Shown here: one piece after another, positions 41,061 through 53,190 of the stretch | Layout of the letters: each line of letters begins with the position of its first letter | How positions within the stretch are numbered: the first letter of the stretch is position 1 | NCBI GenBank assembly: GCA_964016885.1 | Contig: OZ024743.1 | Span: 199,020,001-199,084,000, forward strand | Reading direction: 5' to 3' | From: Eledone cirrhosa | Taxonomy: Eukaryota | Length of the DNA: 64,000 nucleotides | Position numbers and translations under genes: made by a program | The notes under the pieces: model-generated | Told to the model about the DNA's origin: nothing | Databases searched by the model: none | Seen by the model: the letters and a program-made list of their open reading frames with translations, nothing else

Positions 41061-41303
41061 TATTATTATGTAGTTGAGACAAAAGTGGAACTCTATCCAT
41101 AAGGGGGCAACTACAGGAAATTCATCATCATCTTTTCTCTAGCGAGAAAGGATTTGTTTCCTCCTCATCACTACACTAAGCTTAACATCCTTTCCATAAT
41201 CAGAGAAGTTCCTTACACCCAACACGTGTGCAGATAACTTCCTGTGGATAGACATTAGATGAAATATAATTAGCCAGTAATTAAACTAAACACTTACACA
41301 GGC

Positions 41304-41334
<31 letters not shown>

Positions 41335-41453
41335 GAGAGAGAGAGTGAGAGAGAGCGAGAGAGGGGGGGGGGGACATATATATACTTAATATATATATAT
41401 ACACAAATATATATACATACATAGATATATATGTGTGTATATATATATATATT

Positions 41454-41510
<57 letters not shown>

Positions 41511-41574
41511 CCACAGCCGAAATTCGATCTCGCTGAAATTATATTTATATGTATATATATATGTATATATTTAA

Positions 41575-41665
<91 letters not shown>

Positions 41666-41784
41666 GTATATATATATATATTATATATTATATATATATG
41701 TATGTCTATATACATATATATATGTAAGTATGTGTGTATGGAATGTATATGTGTATATATATACATATATATATGGAATGTATA

Positions 41785-41848
<64 letters not shown>

Positions 41849-42121
41849 TACAAACACACTCGCACAATCAAACGCTGTTACATGCACACTCAAAGATATA
41901 TATGATAAAATAACGGTACATGTATTACCCCAGTGGAGAATGTGGCTGGTGCCAAATGCATCACTTAACATGCGCACGCATCATTAGATTAAAATAAAAT
42001 AACGAAAAGAAAAATTTAATTTACGATATATATGCTTATCGAAAAGCAATGTATTTCATACATATTTCTCGTTTCATTACGTTTTTGCTTCTGTTGCTGC
42101 TGATGACAATAATTATGGTGT

Positions 42122-42156
<35 letters not shown>

Positions 42157-42267
42157 CTTATGGTGGTGTTCATACGTGTTCCTTAATGTATATGTATAGA
42201 TAGAATTAAAAAAACAGTCCAGAAAAGGTTCATCTACTGTGTGTTACTCTATACATAGACTGTAGAT

Positions 42268-42555
42268 CAGTCGTGGGCAACCTGCGGCCCGCGAAGCTTT
42301 CTGAATCGCACACCTAAGTCACCTAAGTGAAATCTTTTTGATTATTTTTACACATTTTCAGTCGTAAATTATCTTTCTAACATTTTTACGAACGAGGAAA
42401 ACAACGTGTACAAATTCTGAAGAAACAAATCAAAACAACCTGAGTTACCAACCTTTTTTTAATGTGGGCACGAATGTAAATTAGCGCTTGCAGCCCGCCT
42501 GCTGATGAGCCATATCTCATGTGACCATCTTCTCGAAAAAGGTTGTCCATGCCTG
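42268..42555. mobile_element. hAT-like MITE inside the duplicated segment (copy 2)
   Basis: Termini CAGTCGTGGGCAAC / GTTGTCCATGCCTG. Confidence 0.7.
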
Positions 42556-42939
42556 CTATATTTAAATAGAATCTCTTGATAAATTGGCAAATTTATTTAA
42601 CATAAACTGCTTTAAGTACATAAACATGTTAATATTATGAAGATATTCCACTTAATTCTCCTTTAATAATATATTTTTTAACATTTATCATTAGTAATTT
42701 TATTATTGAATAACTTTCCAACGTTTCGGATGGTAGTCTTTCATCAGAGTATTAAATAAGCGATAGGGGAAGATATAGAACTTTAGACGAGAGTGAGAAG
42801 AGGAAGGAACGAAAAATTATACTTTTTAGGGAGGAAAGCATTGTATATTTAATACGCTTGCGTGTATCTATGTGTGGGCATGTTTGCATATATATATGTA
42901 TATATGCATGAATGTATGTATGTATATATGTATGTATGT

Positions 42940-43355
42940 CTCTCTTGCTCTTAATTTCGAGTACATATTTGACCCGCCACCTTCCTGGTGGCGAGGCTGT
43001 AAAGGAAAAGAAATTGTCATTCCTTGAATCGCAAGAATGTTTTGCAAATATTGAAGGTGCCAGCTATCGCAGCCATTTGTAGTCTATGAATTAGGGAGCT
43101 GCGGTCTTTGTCCACGAATCTAAGTTCAGTTATACTTTGGTCCAAGCGGGTTGTTATATAAACTGTAGCTCCAATAATGATGGGTAGGAAGCTGAAAGTG
43201 TATCTTGGATACTGGAACTGCAAACTCCTCATCAATGGTCCGTAAACGTCCTCCTTCTGTATTTTTCTTACGACGTTGACATTAAGTGGGCAGATGATCT
43301 CTACAACAGAGCACGTTTTCATGTGTGGTCCCAAACAACAATATTAGGCCGGTTA
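42940..43355 (-). mobile_element. 3' fragment of an R4/Dong-like LINE (restriction-like endonuclease domain)
   Basis: NRPNIVVWDH/(fs)/KTCSVVEIICP..YGPL..FLPIIIGA..IAGTFNICKTFL, followed by a short 3' UTR. Embedded in (CATA)n/(TATG)n repeats on both sides. Confidence 0.7.
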
Positions 43356-43928
43356 TGTATGTATGATGTATGTGTGTAAGTATCTATGTATGTATGATGT
43401 ATGTGTGTAAGTATCTATGTATGTATGCATATATGTACATAAGTATGTATGCATGAATGTATGTATGTATTCATGTATCCATGCACGAATGTATGTTTGT
43501 ATTTATATATGTATGGATTTCATCTAAAAATTATCAAAATAATTTAAAGTTAAATTCACCAGTAACTGGCTATTTTCTTCTACCAACCTCTATTAGAGGA
43601 ATGAAAGATAGATATGTAGAAAGAATGATATAAAACCTTTAGTTATTTCTTTTTTTCTGTCTTTCTTTTCTATTGCCTTTTATATTTTGTTATTTGTTGT
43701 CACCGTAATTTTGGTTAATCGCTGTCATTACTGTCAAACTATTTAATATTTGCAGTGATAAAAACTAAAACCTAATCTACATTGAACTCATTCTTCTAAT
43801 TATTTATCTTTCTATTCTTTCCGTTATCCCCCTCTCTCTCAATATATATATATATATATATACATATATACCTCTATACGCGTGCGTGTATTATATCTAT
43901 TTTGTTATATGTACATATATACATACAT

Positions 43929-43964
<36 letters not shown>

Positions 43965-43971
<7 letters not shown>

Positions 43972-44658
43972 TTTCGTATCTCCAAAGAAATACAGTTTTA
44001 GGAAGCCGCAGCTATGCAAATACCGGGGGAATAACGCCCAGCAGAAACAAGGGGGGGGGGCCCAAACGTCTATACATTTCAGGCTTAACTGGCCTTCGTC
44101 AGGACGGTACCACCCACTGCTTGCGACTGCTGGTCTAGAAGACAGCTGAGAATATATACTTTTCTCGTCTGTGTAAATGAGGTGATTAATCTCATTTGCA
44201 TATGAAGCTGCATAAATTGGCTCAGCGTATAATAAAAAAAAATAGGATTTCGCTTCAAGCATAGCTTTATACGGCTTCCTAAAACTGTATTTCTTTGGAG
44301 ATACGAAATATTTATGCTTGAAGCGAAATCCTATTTCTTTTTATTATAAGTTGAGCCAATTTATGCAGCTTCATATGCAAATGAGATTAATCACCTCATT
44401 TACACAGACGAGAAAAGTATATATTCTCAGCTGTCTTCTAGTCCAGCAGTCGCAAGCGGTGGGTGGGACCGTCCTAACGAAAGCCAATTAAGCCTGAAAT
44501 GCATAAACGGTTGTCCCCCTTGCTTCTGCTGGACATCACCAGAGGGCGTTAGTCCCCCGGTGTTTGCATAGCTACGGTTCCTAAAACTGTATTTCTCTGG
44601 AGATACGAAATATTTATACATATTGTATAAAGCTATGCTTGAAGAGAAATCCTATTTC
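43965..44658. mobile_element. Candidate retrozyme locus 4: head-to-head inverted pair (43965-44272 -, 44270-44658 +)
   Basis: Both arms match the unit. cctatttc recurs at 44330 and 44651, giving a 321-nt period. Flanked by (TA)n on both sides. Confidence 0.88.
44065..44108 (-). ncRNA. Minimal type I hammerhead ribozyme with intact core (retrozyme family)
   Basis: Minus strand: accgtc-CTGACGA-aggc-cagttaa-gcct-GAAA-tgta-TA-gacgtt. Confidence 0.8.
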
Positions 44659-44721
44659 TATATATATATATAATTATAAAATGACAGGAGGCTGGACTGG
44701 TGTAATTCCTTAAAGATTTAT

Positions 44722-44781
44722 TATACTATGAACATTTCAATGATCGGGTTCAGTATGAAACCGGTGACATCTTCAGATATT
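44722..44781 (-). ncRNA. Type I hammerhead ribozyme motif (separate family)
   Basis: Minus strand: atat-CTGAAGA-tgtcaccggtttca-tac-tgaacccgatcatt-GAAA-tgttca-TA-gtat, followed by AATAAA. Confidence 0.65.
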
Positions 44782-45629
44782 CCGAAATTTATCCAACAAA
44801 GGAATATAATAATAGACACAATCCAAGGGGCTGAAAAGCAGAGAGAAATGCCCAAGACGAGAAGGCGGCCAAAAATTAGCAGTTGCTAGTCCGGGGGGCC
44901 GCCTCCAAGTGACGAATCTACTTAATCTTGTCTTGTCGGTCTGTCTGGTCAAGAGGCCGTACTTTCTATAGTGTATGTTACTAACTACCCTGTTGTGGAC
45001 AGATGCTAGCGGTGAGATCAGGTTACATATAAGAAGTTAATCAGAAGTGCTAAAAAGTACTAAGAAATAAATGAAAAAATATATATAGTGGACGGATGTA
45101 CAGTCGGTTTTTTAATGTAGAGTTAGATTTAAAATTGGGAGATTTAGTTAAAGAATTTACAGAACGAAGCATTTATGAAAAGGTTAAATGTATTATTGAT
45201 AGTCATAATAAAGTTTCAGGGTAAAATATAAAGTAAGATTAAAACAGTAAGATTAAGCCCAAATTTAAGAGTACCGTTTGGGGGTCAATAACCATTGACG
45301 TGACGGATTCCCAGCCCACCCAGGGCCCAATGGCATGTCAACCGTTCCGAGTATTTTCGTCTTACCGAAAGAAAGGGAAATTTTTTTTTCCAAGCACTCC
45401 AGGAAGGTTAACCGACTCAAGCGCCGGGGGTGCTACCGGGAAGGACGTCACCGCCAGTTGATCATCGATTATTATACCAAACGATTATTAGTTATTCACA
45501 CTCGTAGGAGAGTTAGTTAAAGAACAAGTAGAAGGAGGAATTTATGTAAAAGTTAAATATACTTTTGATATTCAGGATAAATGTTTAGGGTAGAATTTAA
45601 AGTTAAGATTAAAGATTAAGCTTAAAATT

Positions 45630-45654
<25 letters not shown>

Positions 45655-45661
<7 letters not shown>

Positions 45662-45880
45662 TTAAAATAACAGATTAAAGTTTAAGCAAAGAATCGCTGC
45701 TTTCACCCTTAACGGGATCTTCTGAAACTCAGACGATCCCGTTAAGGGTGAAAGCAGCGATTCTTTGCTTAAACTATAATATGTTATTTTAATAAATATT
45801 TGCTCTACGGTTCCTATATATTTGATATATATTTATCCTTATCGAGCCCTCTTTGGATTTTAGTCTTCAAATTTATTATT
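45655..45880. mobile_element. Palindromic Penelope-type insertion carrying two variant hammerhead-like motifs
   Basis: ~60-bp near-perfect inverted arms (45655-45720 / 45735-45800). Minus motif at 45679-45729: agttt-CAGAAGA-tcccgttaagggt-GAAA-gca..tgc-TT-aaact. Confidence 0.7.
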
Positions 45881-45896
45881 ATTACTATATATATGT

Positions 45897-46090
45897 GGCG
45901 GTGGATTGGCAGTATCTGTAGAGGGTCGGACGCCATGCTTTAACGCATAGAGTTACGGCCCTTGCCATTCTGAGTTCAAATCCCGCCGAGGTTAACTTTG
46001 CCTTTCATCCTTACGGGGTCGATAAAATAAAGTACCAGTAATACACTGGGTAATTGCTGACCTTGTGCCAAAAGTAGAAACAATTACTAT
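45897..46090 (+). mobile_element. Full-length main-family tRNA-derived SINE
   Basis: ggcggtggattggcagtatc..gagttcaaatcccgcc..gtgccaaaagtagaaacaatt; attactatatatat on both sides is a possible TSD. Confidence 0.9.
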
Positions 46091-46682
46091 ATATATATAT
46101 ATATATATCCGTGTGTGTGTGTGTATACACCTATCTTTATCCTAGGCAATTTATCTTTCTCTCTGTCTTGTTCATACAAGATGTCCTCATTTGATATAAC
46201 CTTTCTAATTAATATTTAATCTTTTTCACACTTCTATCTTCCACACTGTCCATTTTTTATCTATTTTCTTGTTTTGTTCCTTCTTTTGTGCTCTGTGTTT
46301 CCCGCTCTCTCTCTTTCCTCCTCTTCTGTCTTAATATTTTCTTATTCTCTCTTACTAAGTCTAACAAACATTTCTCTATTTTTTCTGTCAATATTTGCTT
46401 ATTCTGTCACTGATACATTTAGGTAGGAATATGTAATCACACTCGTACATACTCACATATGCATGCAGGCTCAAACACATTCTCACACACATGCGTAGAT
46501 ATATATGTAAAGTTGAATTTAATTCATCTTTAGTCCATGAAAGCTTGGACACTGTTGCCAATGATATGAAATGACAGTGTTTGTGCATATATGAGACGGC
46601 ATTAGCAGGGGAGAAGGGGAAAGATAGAGGGGGCGGGGTATTTCACCAATAAGCCAACCTCACCAACAACAGCAGCAGCAAC

Positions 46683-47600
46683 CACGTGACTTTGGACGTG
46701 ACCAGCAACGAAGGGTATGTTTTCAGGCTAGTGGCTGCCTATGCTCCGACAGAGGCAGAACAGTTTGATTTTTGTTTTCCAGGTGCCTCGAGATCTTCCT
46801 AGTGTTAGTGGCCGACTGGAACGGTATATTAGACGCACGCTAGAACTGTGTGACGCTAGTAGATAGGGAAAGAGAGTTACCGACTGGATTTGCCGAACGT
46901 TTCAATGCGGAAAGGGACAAACGACATCGGGTCATCCAGATCGTATCCAACACATTGCTAGAACCAAGTAGTTTGGTACTATTTCGGTGCTCTTCAAGTA
47001 TGAAGCCATGGCAATAAATAATTATGTGGTCCCCTACGAGCCAGACAACGTCATATTCTATCCGGCGTATCTGGGAGAAGAACCATAAAGAAAAAAATGT
47101 GCAGGAAACCCGACAGAGCAGGATATTTGGTTGAACCTGGTCTGCGAGGTCCTCGAGGGGAACAACACTTTCCTCGAGGTGAAGAGGACTAAAAGAGAAA
47201 ATTGGTGTGGGATGAGTATGGAGGTGCCTCTCCACACCAATCGAGGAAAGATCGAGATACCAGATCTTATGCGCTTGCCGAATGGAGTAGACCTCCACAT
47301 TAGTTTGGAAGGGACAAGGCTTCGTTGCCATCTTTGTGAACAGATAGGCTACTTGGGAGCTTTCTGCCCTCAACACATGGGAGGGAACCGCAACACCCCC
47401 TCTGCTGTCAACATCAGGACCTTAAAAGTCACATAACAACAACGAACAATAGTAGCAACATCAGCACCAACGACATCATCATTAGCAGCAGCAACTGCAG
47501 CACAATTAGGGCATGAACAAGACCAACATCTCCAGCAGCAGCGGATGAACCACCACCAAGAATAACAGACTCCAACAAAACCACCCAGAGGGTTTGTAAT
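46683..47600 (+). pseudogene. Decayed Tx1-like fragments: endonuclease piece followed by an ORF1-like piece
   Basis: VTLDVTSNEGYVFRLVAAYAPT..LVLVADWNGILDAR (46685-46870) parallels VVLDVTSGDGQAFRIVAVYAPT..LVLVGDWNGILDAR of the 15-kb ORF2. The downstream piece EGTRLRCHLCEQIGYLGAFCPQ is a degenerate zinc knuckle. Confidence 0.7.
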
Positions 47601-47627
47601 GAAAGCTCTCCCACACCTCTCCCCCCA

Positions 47628-47719
<92 letters not shown>

Positions 47720-48217
47720 ACCCGCTCTAATCCGCCACACAAAACCAAAGACATAACTGCAGCCCCACCATTATCAGACGCATGCACCACCCTTTTGGCT
47801 CGATGAAAGAGAAGAGGAAACACACAAACCGAATTTTGTTTAGTTGGAGACTTAGCTGCTATTTTTAGTAGGTCGAGTGACTGAATAAAGAATGTTTAGC
47901 TGAAGACATAAAAGATATGGATAAATATGAGTCCATATTATATATTTGTTGTAATTATTGCTAGCGAAAATATATACGCCATATGAATTATACGTAAACT
48001 AAATGATATTATATAGAAATCATCTGGATATATTTATCTTCATATTTCTTTTAAATATAGTCATCATCGAGTATCATTTTCTCTAAACATTACATATTTC
48101 ATTCCTATCAAATAACTGTTACATAGTAAATGTGCTTACTCATATACACACGTATACATGCATTTTTATTATATATATATATATATATACATATATATAT
48201 AATTATATATATATTTA

Positions 48218-48402
48218 TGGCTTTCACCCAGGCGGCCTGGGTTCGATTCCTGGACCGGGCCATGCGTTATGTCCTTGAGCAAGACACTTTATTTTACGTT
48301 GCTCCTTCTACCTGGAGTTGCGACTGGTAGATAGTATTAGCAACTGGAAAGACCAACGGAATCATTGTTTCCTCGGTCCTATTTGACGAAAGTCGATCGA
48401 TC
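48218..48402 (+). mobile_element. tRNA(Glu)-like-headed SINE, third family (copy 2)
   Basis: ggctttcacccaggcggcctgggttcgattcc resembles the anticodon-to-T-arm part of eukaryotic tRNA-Glu(TTC). The body matches 34787-34975. Confidence 0.75.
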
Positions 48403-48578
48403 CTTTTATTTATAGGTATAATGGGATTTCCGATGGGTTTCAGTTGGGGATCACAGATAAAATGTGTACGCAATGCTTTGGTATAATACAGGCATCATCA
48501 TCTTATATCGAAACGAATTGTGTAGGACTAAAATTGTTTCATTCGTAGGTTGTGTATATATACACACACACACAGATA

Positions 48579-48679
<101 letters not shown>

Positions 48680-48733
48680 AGAGAGAGAGAGAGAGATAGA
48701 GAGAGAGAGTAAGAGAGAGAGAGAGGGAGAGAG

Positions 48734-48888
48734 ATAGGATTTAGCTTCAAGCAAAGCTGTATACAGATATGTATAGAAATTTCGTATTTCTAAAGAAACT
48801 CGTTATGTTTACAGGGTAAACATTTAGAAAGCCGTAGCTATGCAAAAATCACCGGGGCTAACGCCCTCTGGTGGTGTCCAGGAGAAGC
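48734..48888 (-). mobile_element. Candidate retrozyme locus 5: partial unit
   Basis: Reverse complement reads tgcttctcctggacaccaccagagggcgttagccccgg..tgcatagctacggctt..gaaatacgaaattt..gcttgaagctaaatcctat. Confidence 0.75.
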
Positions 48889-50403
48889 ATATATATATAT
48901 GAGATAAATTTGTTAATATTATCCATCTATTAAGGTAATTGAAAAGAAACAATATTATTCTAATATATAATCGTTTAGTGTTGAAGAGAAAAATAAGGAT
49001 TACAATATCAAAAAGGGAGAAAGGAAAATGGGAATTTACTAATGAAACGAAGGAAGGGAGTGAAGTAAAGACACATTCTAGACCCTTGGTTGTATTTCAG
49101 CCGTGCCCACGGAAAACTGACAAAGGCATTACCACTGAAGAAAGACCGGTGAACCGTGCTGCATCAGACATTCCACATCATGTGGTGCCTTCTTGAGGCA
49201 GGATGCGCTTTTCCAGAATTTGATGAGGAAAACGGCAATGCGAGGATTTAGAACATATGTGATCTTAATGACGACTGGTACGAAAATAAGCAGTCGGTCA
49301 AATCGAGGAAATTGCTCCTCTGCATTAATGGTGCCAGTGTCCAGATAGACATTTTGCAGAATGCTGCATCCCCGATTAGGGATTTACCTCCTCAAACTGG
49401 AAAAGGATTATCCAGTCTGGGAACTTATCGTCACTATGGTCGACACCGGCAGGTTCCAGTTGTACGTGGAAGCCTGACATCATGTATACTCAAGGCAGTG
49501 GGTAATCCTCCATTGTTATGTTTCTATACTAACATGGGTTGGTTGGGTTTGTAAAACAGCTTCATTCCTACAGTATTCCCTGATCCCATATTAGATTTTT
49601 TAGTGACTTCTAAACAAAGATAGTAAAATACTTTAACATATGTTGTTATATGACACAGTATACTCTTCTATCATGTTGCTACTTCCAAATTAACACTTAA
49701 GTCAACGTCATCAAGTTCAAAATTAAAACATATATTTATATACGTAATGTTTTAATTAAGTTATTTAATTAATCATAGCTACTTTAAATAATCTCTTAAT
49801 TAGTTTAGTTATACATCTCCTTCATTTACACCTCTTAACCAATCAAAAACTGTCACCACTTCAATATCATCCAATATCGTTTCTATGTAACAACTAATTA
49901 AACTCTCTCTCCAAGCTAGCATATGGTGAACTACTTTTGAGGCCTTATATCCATCATTTTTTTATTGGGATTCGTCGTAAATCATAAACAAAATTCCAGA
50001 CACCATGTAGCGTATTTTGCTCAATATTCCAAACTTTTTGTATATGGTTACATGTATTCTCAAAACCTGGAAACTCTTAAGATATTGGGAAGAAAATTAT
50101 TATATTTATTCTAAAAATATTTCTATAGTCAGTAATATTTACAACATTGATGAGTAAGGAAAAGAAAAGAAAGGGCTTTCTTCGATCATGACTGGCCATG
50201 GGCTACACACCAATGACTGACTAACCATGGATTTGCTTCTGTGAGTCAAAAGTTGGTCATGGTGTTTTGTGGAAGATTGAATGTAGACTATGTATGAAAG
50301 TCTCACTATTTTATGACAATGATGTTGTCCAAGTGAATGAGAAATGGAGCTTGGCATAAATAGAGAGATAATTGTTTAGATATATAGATAGATAGATAGA
50401 TAT

Positions 50404-50437
<34 letters not shown>

Positions 50438-50438
<1 letters not shown>

Positions 50439-50778
50439 TGTTTCTTTGTTAGCAACAGGGGCACAAAAGAAGGGGACAATTACAAAGGGGGAGTTTACAT
50501 ACAATAAAAACGTGTAAATTAAGGGTTAATCGATTTTCCCCAATAGGGGGAGACAGTTCATATGGGTAGCACATACCCCCGAAAAAAAATGTGCAACCCT
50601 CATCTCCAGGAATACGAAGAGTTTGTACCCCTTTCCTCTCTTCCTCTTTTTCCTCAACCTACATGCTGATATAGAGAGAAGGCCCATTCACTCGGGCCAT
50701 TCTCGCCACTTCCACCCACCTTTCATAAAACTTGCTGGGGTACAGCACCTCTCTCTCCATCCTGACTCTTCTTCCAAG
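50438..50778 (-). mobile_element. 3' end of a different Tx1 subfamily embedded in (GATA)n
   Basis: ggcccattcactcgggccattct is shared with 12636-12658. It encodes the same C-terminal motif (..WVEVARMARVNGPSL), has a distinct 3' UTR and ends in a (TATC)n tail. Confidence 0.75.
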
Positions 50779-50938
50779 ATAGATATATAGTTAGTTTTAT
50801 ATATATATAACGAAGGAAATGTGGTAAGGAACCAGGTGGACCATAACGCACCAAAGTACTCAATACTTGAGGTAGTAGAGTGAGTCCAGAAGTAGCCGTC
50901 GAAACGGCTTGAGCTCAGCTGTCGGGGTCTTACTGGTT

Positions 50939-50971
<33 letters not shown>

Positions 50972-50977
<6 letters not shown>

Positions 50978-51169
50978 TAAAACATGTCTATAGAATCACC
51001 AGATAAAATATATACCATTTCCTCTCCCAATTAGCATAATTTTTTCATAGAAGCCTTTATTCTTATAGCTTGGTCTAATCGATTTTTTATATGGTTAATT
51101 ATGCTAATTGGGAGAGGAAATGGTATATATTTTATCTGGTGATTCTATAGACATGTTTTATGATATATA
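50972..51169. repeat. ~70-bp perfect inverted repeat with ~55-bp spacer
   Basis: tatatcataaaacatgtctatagaatcaccagataaaatatataccatttcctctcccaattagcataatt and its reverse complement, adjacent to (TA)n. Confidence 0.9.
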
Positions 51170-51226
51170 GCTCTGATTATTTAATTTATTAACTCTTCAT
51201 TAAGCCACAAAGTGACCCGTTGCAAA

Positions 51227-51421
<195 letters not shown>

Positions 51422-51607
51422 AGATGTTGTCAAGAGGTAACTCAAAATACATGCCGATGTGAATATCAGTTTATGTAATGGAGATTGAGCACGTCTTTAA
51501 AAATAGGATAATTTAACATGTATATATTTCCATAAAAATAGATTACGAAATGAATATTGAAGACATTTGAAAGTATATATATATATGTATATATATATAT
51601 TTGTGTC

Positions 51608-51723
<116 letters not shown>

Positions 51724-52261
51724 AGTGGCGAAGGGTAACGTGGAAAGCAGAGCATGCAGTCCAATCGCCATGGCGGAAAGTGGGGCATTGCAGTCTCCCC
51801 ACCCCACCCCGAATTCCCTCTAAATGACCCTCCCGGCCAAAGCCGCATGTAGTGTTATCTAGTGTGTGCTTGTGTGTGTGTGTGTGTTATGTTTTTATGT
51901 GTCTACGATTTAGTAAGCAGCCAAAATTCTGCTTGCTTCAACCGACGCAATTGATCAACTCAATATTCTATAACGTATGCACGCACCGTTCGCCCCTGGT
52001 GTGTGTGTATGACAGCTGTAGCTTTATAACGCTTTTTGACTCGTATGGTCCGTGGTTGGCTTACGATATTTCGGAGTTTTGTTTACTGGTTATGGCAATC
52101 AACGGTCTTATTTCATATATACATAGATACACACATACACACATACATACATACTTACGTATATATATTGTATGAATATATACTTACATACGTACCAACA
52201 TATATATATATAAATATATTAGAAAGTGAGGTTTTTTTACAAAATGAAAAAAAAAACGAGG

Positions 52262-52536
52262 CGCCCTACACGAGTGAACAGGTTTGCGGTCGTACCCCTG
52301 GCAGTGGAGAATTCTGGTGTCCTCGGCCCCAGAGCAACCTCCTTACTCACCACCATTAGCGCTGAGCTGGCCAGCCGCAGGTGGGAGCCCCGCGAGTTGG
52401 AGTGGCTTTTCCAGCGCGTCTCCCTTGCCGTCCTCCGGGGAAATGCCTTCTCCATTCTGTCCGCCGGGGCTGTGGGTGGGCACAATCACGTATCATTTTT
52501 GTAAATATCACAACAGTTTATGATAAAAAAAAAAAA
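52262..52536 (+). mobile_element. 3' fragment of a CRE-clade-like LINE
   Basis: FAVVPLAVENSGVLGPRATSLLTTISAELA..ELEWLFQRVSLAVLRGNAFSIL matches the C-terminal RLE signature (PLA.E..G..G / FQR.S.A..RGNA). GC-rich island ending in poly(A). Confidence 0.7.
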
Positions 52537-53098
52537 CTGAAGCAATAAACAAATGATAAAAGCTAAAGAGAAAATATGAACAAAAAAAGAAAAAAAAAAG
52601 GAAGAAAGATGAAATCGAAAGTGCAACTGGAATCTTTTTTTTTTAAATATATTTATTTGGTTCCTTTACTGGTTTCGCAGTTCTTCTGCTTTTCAAAGGT
52701 TATTACCTTCCAGTGTTCTACCTCTCTCTCTCTATATATATATATACAATGAAACAGTTCTAGTCCTTTAGAAGCCGTTTCTATATTAAACAGGTATATT
52801 CTGCTATTTATTGCGCAACTTGCTTACTGTGGTTACTATCGATTGAACCTGGGATACACACACACACACACACAAACACATATATAGATATGTGTGTGTA
52901 TGTGTGTGTGGTGTGTGTGTGTGTGTGAAAACCCGGGTTCAATCGGGGGTAACCACATTAAGTAAGGGTTTATATATCCTTATATATATATATATATATA
53001 TAAGCCCTTAAATCAGATTATCCCACTTAGGGTGAAATCAGAAATGTTTTGCTTAAACTTTTAATCTGTACTAATAAATAACATATAAATATATGTAT

Positions 53099-53190
<92 letters not shown>

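Noticed and set aside
48218-48256. Functional tRNA-Glu gene
   Set aside because: The 5' half of the tRNA is missing, and the sequence continues into a SINE body shared with 34787-34975.
49105-49555. Moderately GC-rich unique island after ttgtatttcAG
   Set aside because: Stops in all frames and no recognisable motif; it could be a non-coding exon but is unsupported.
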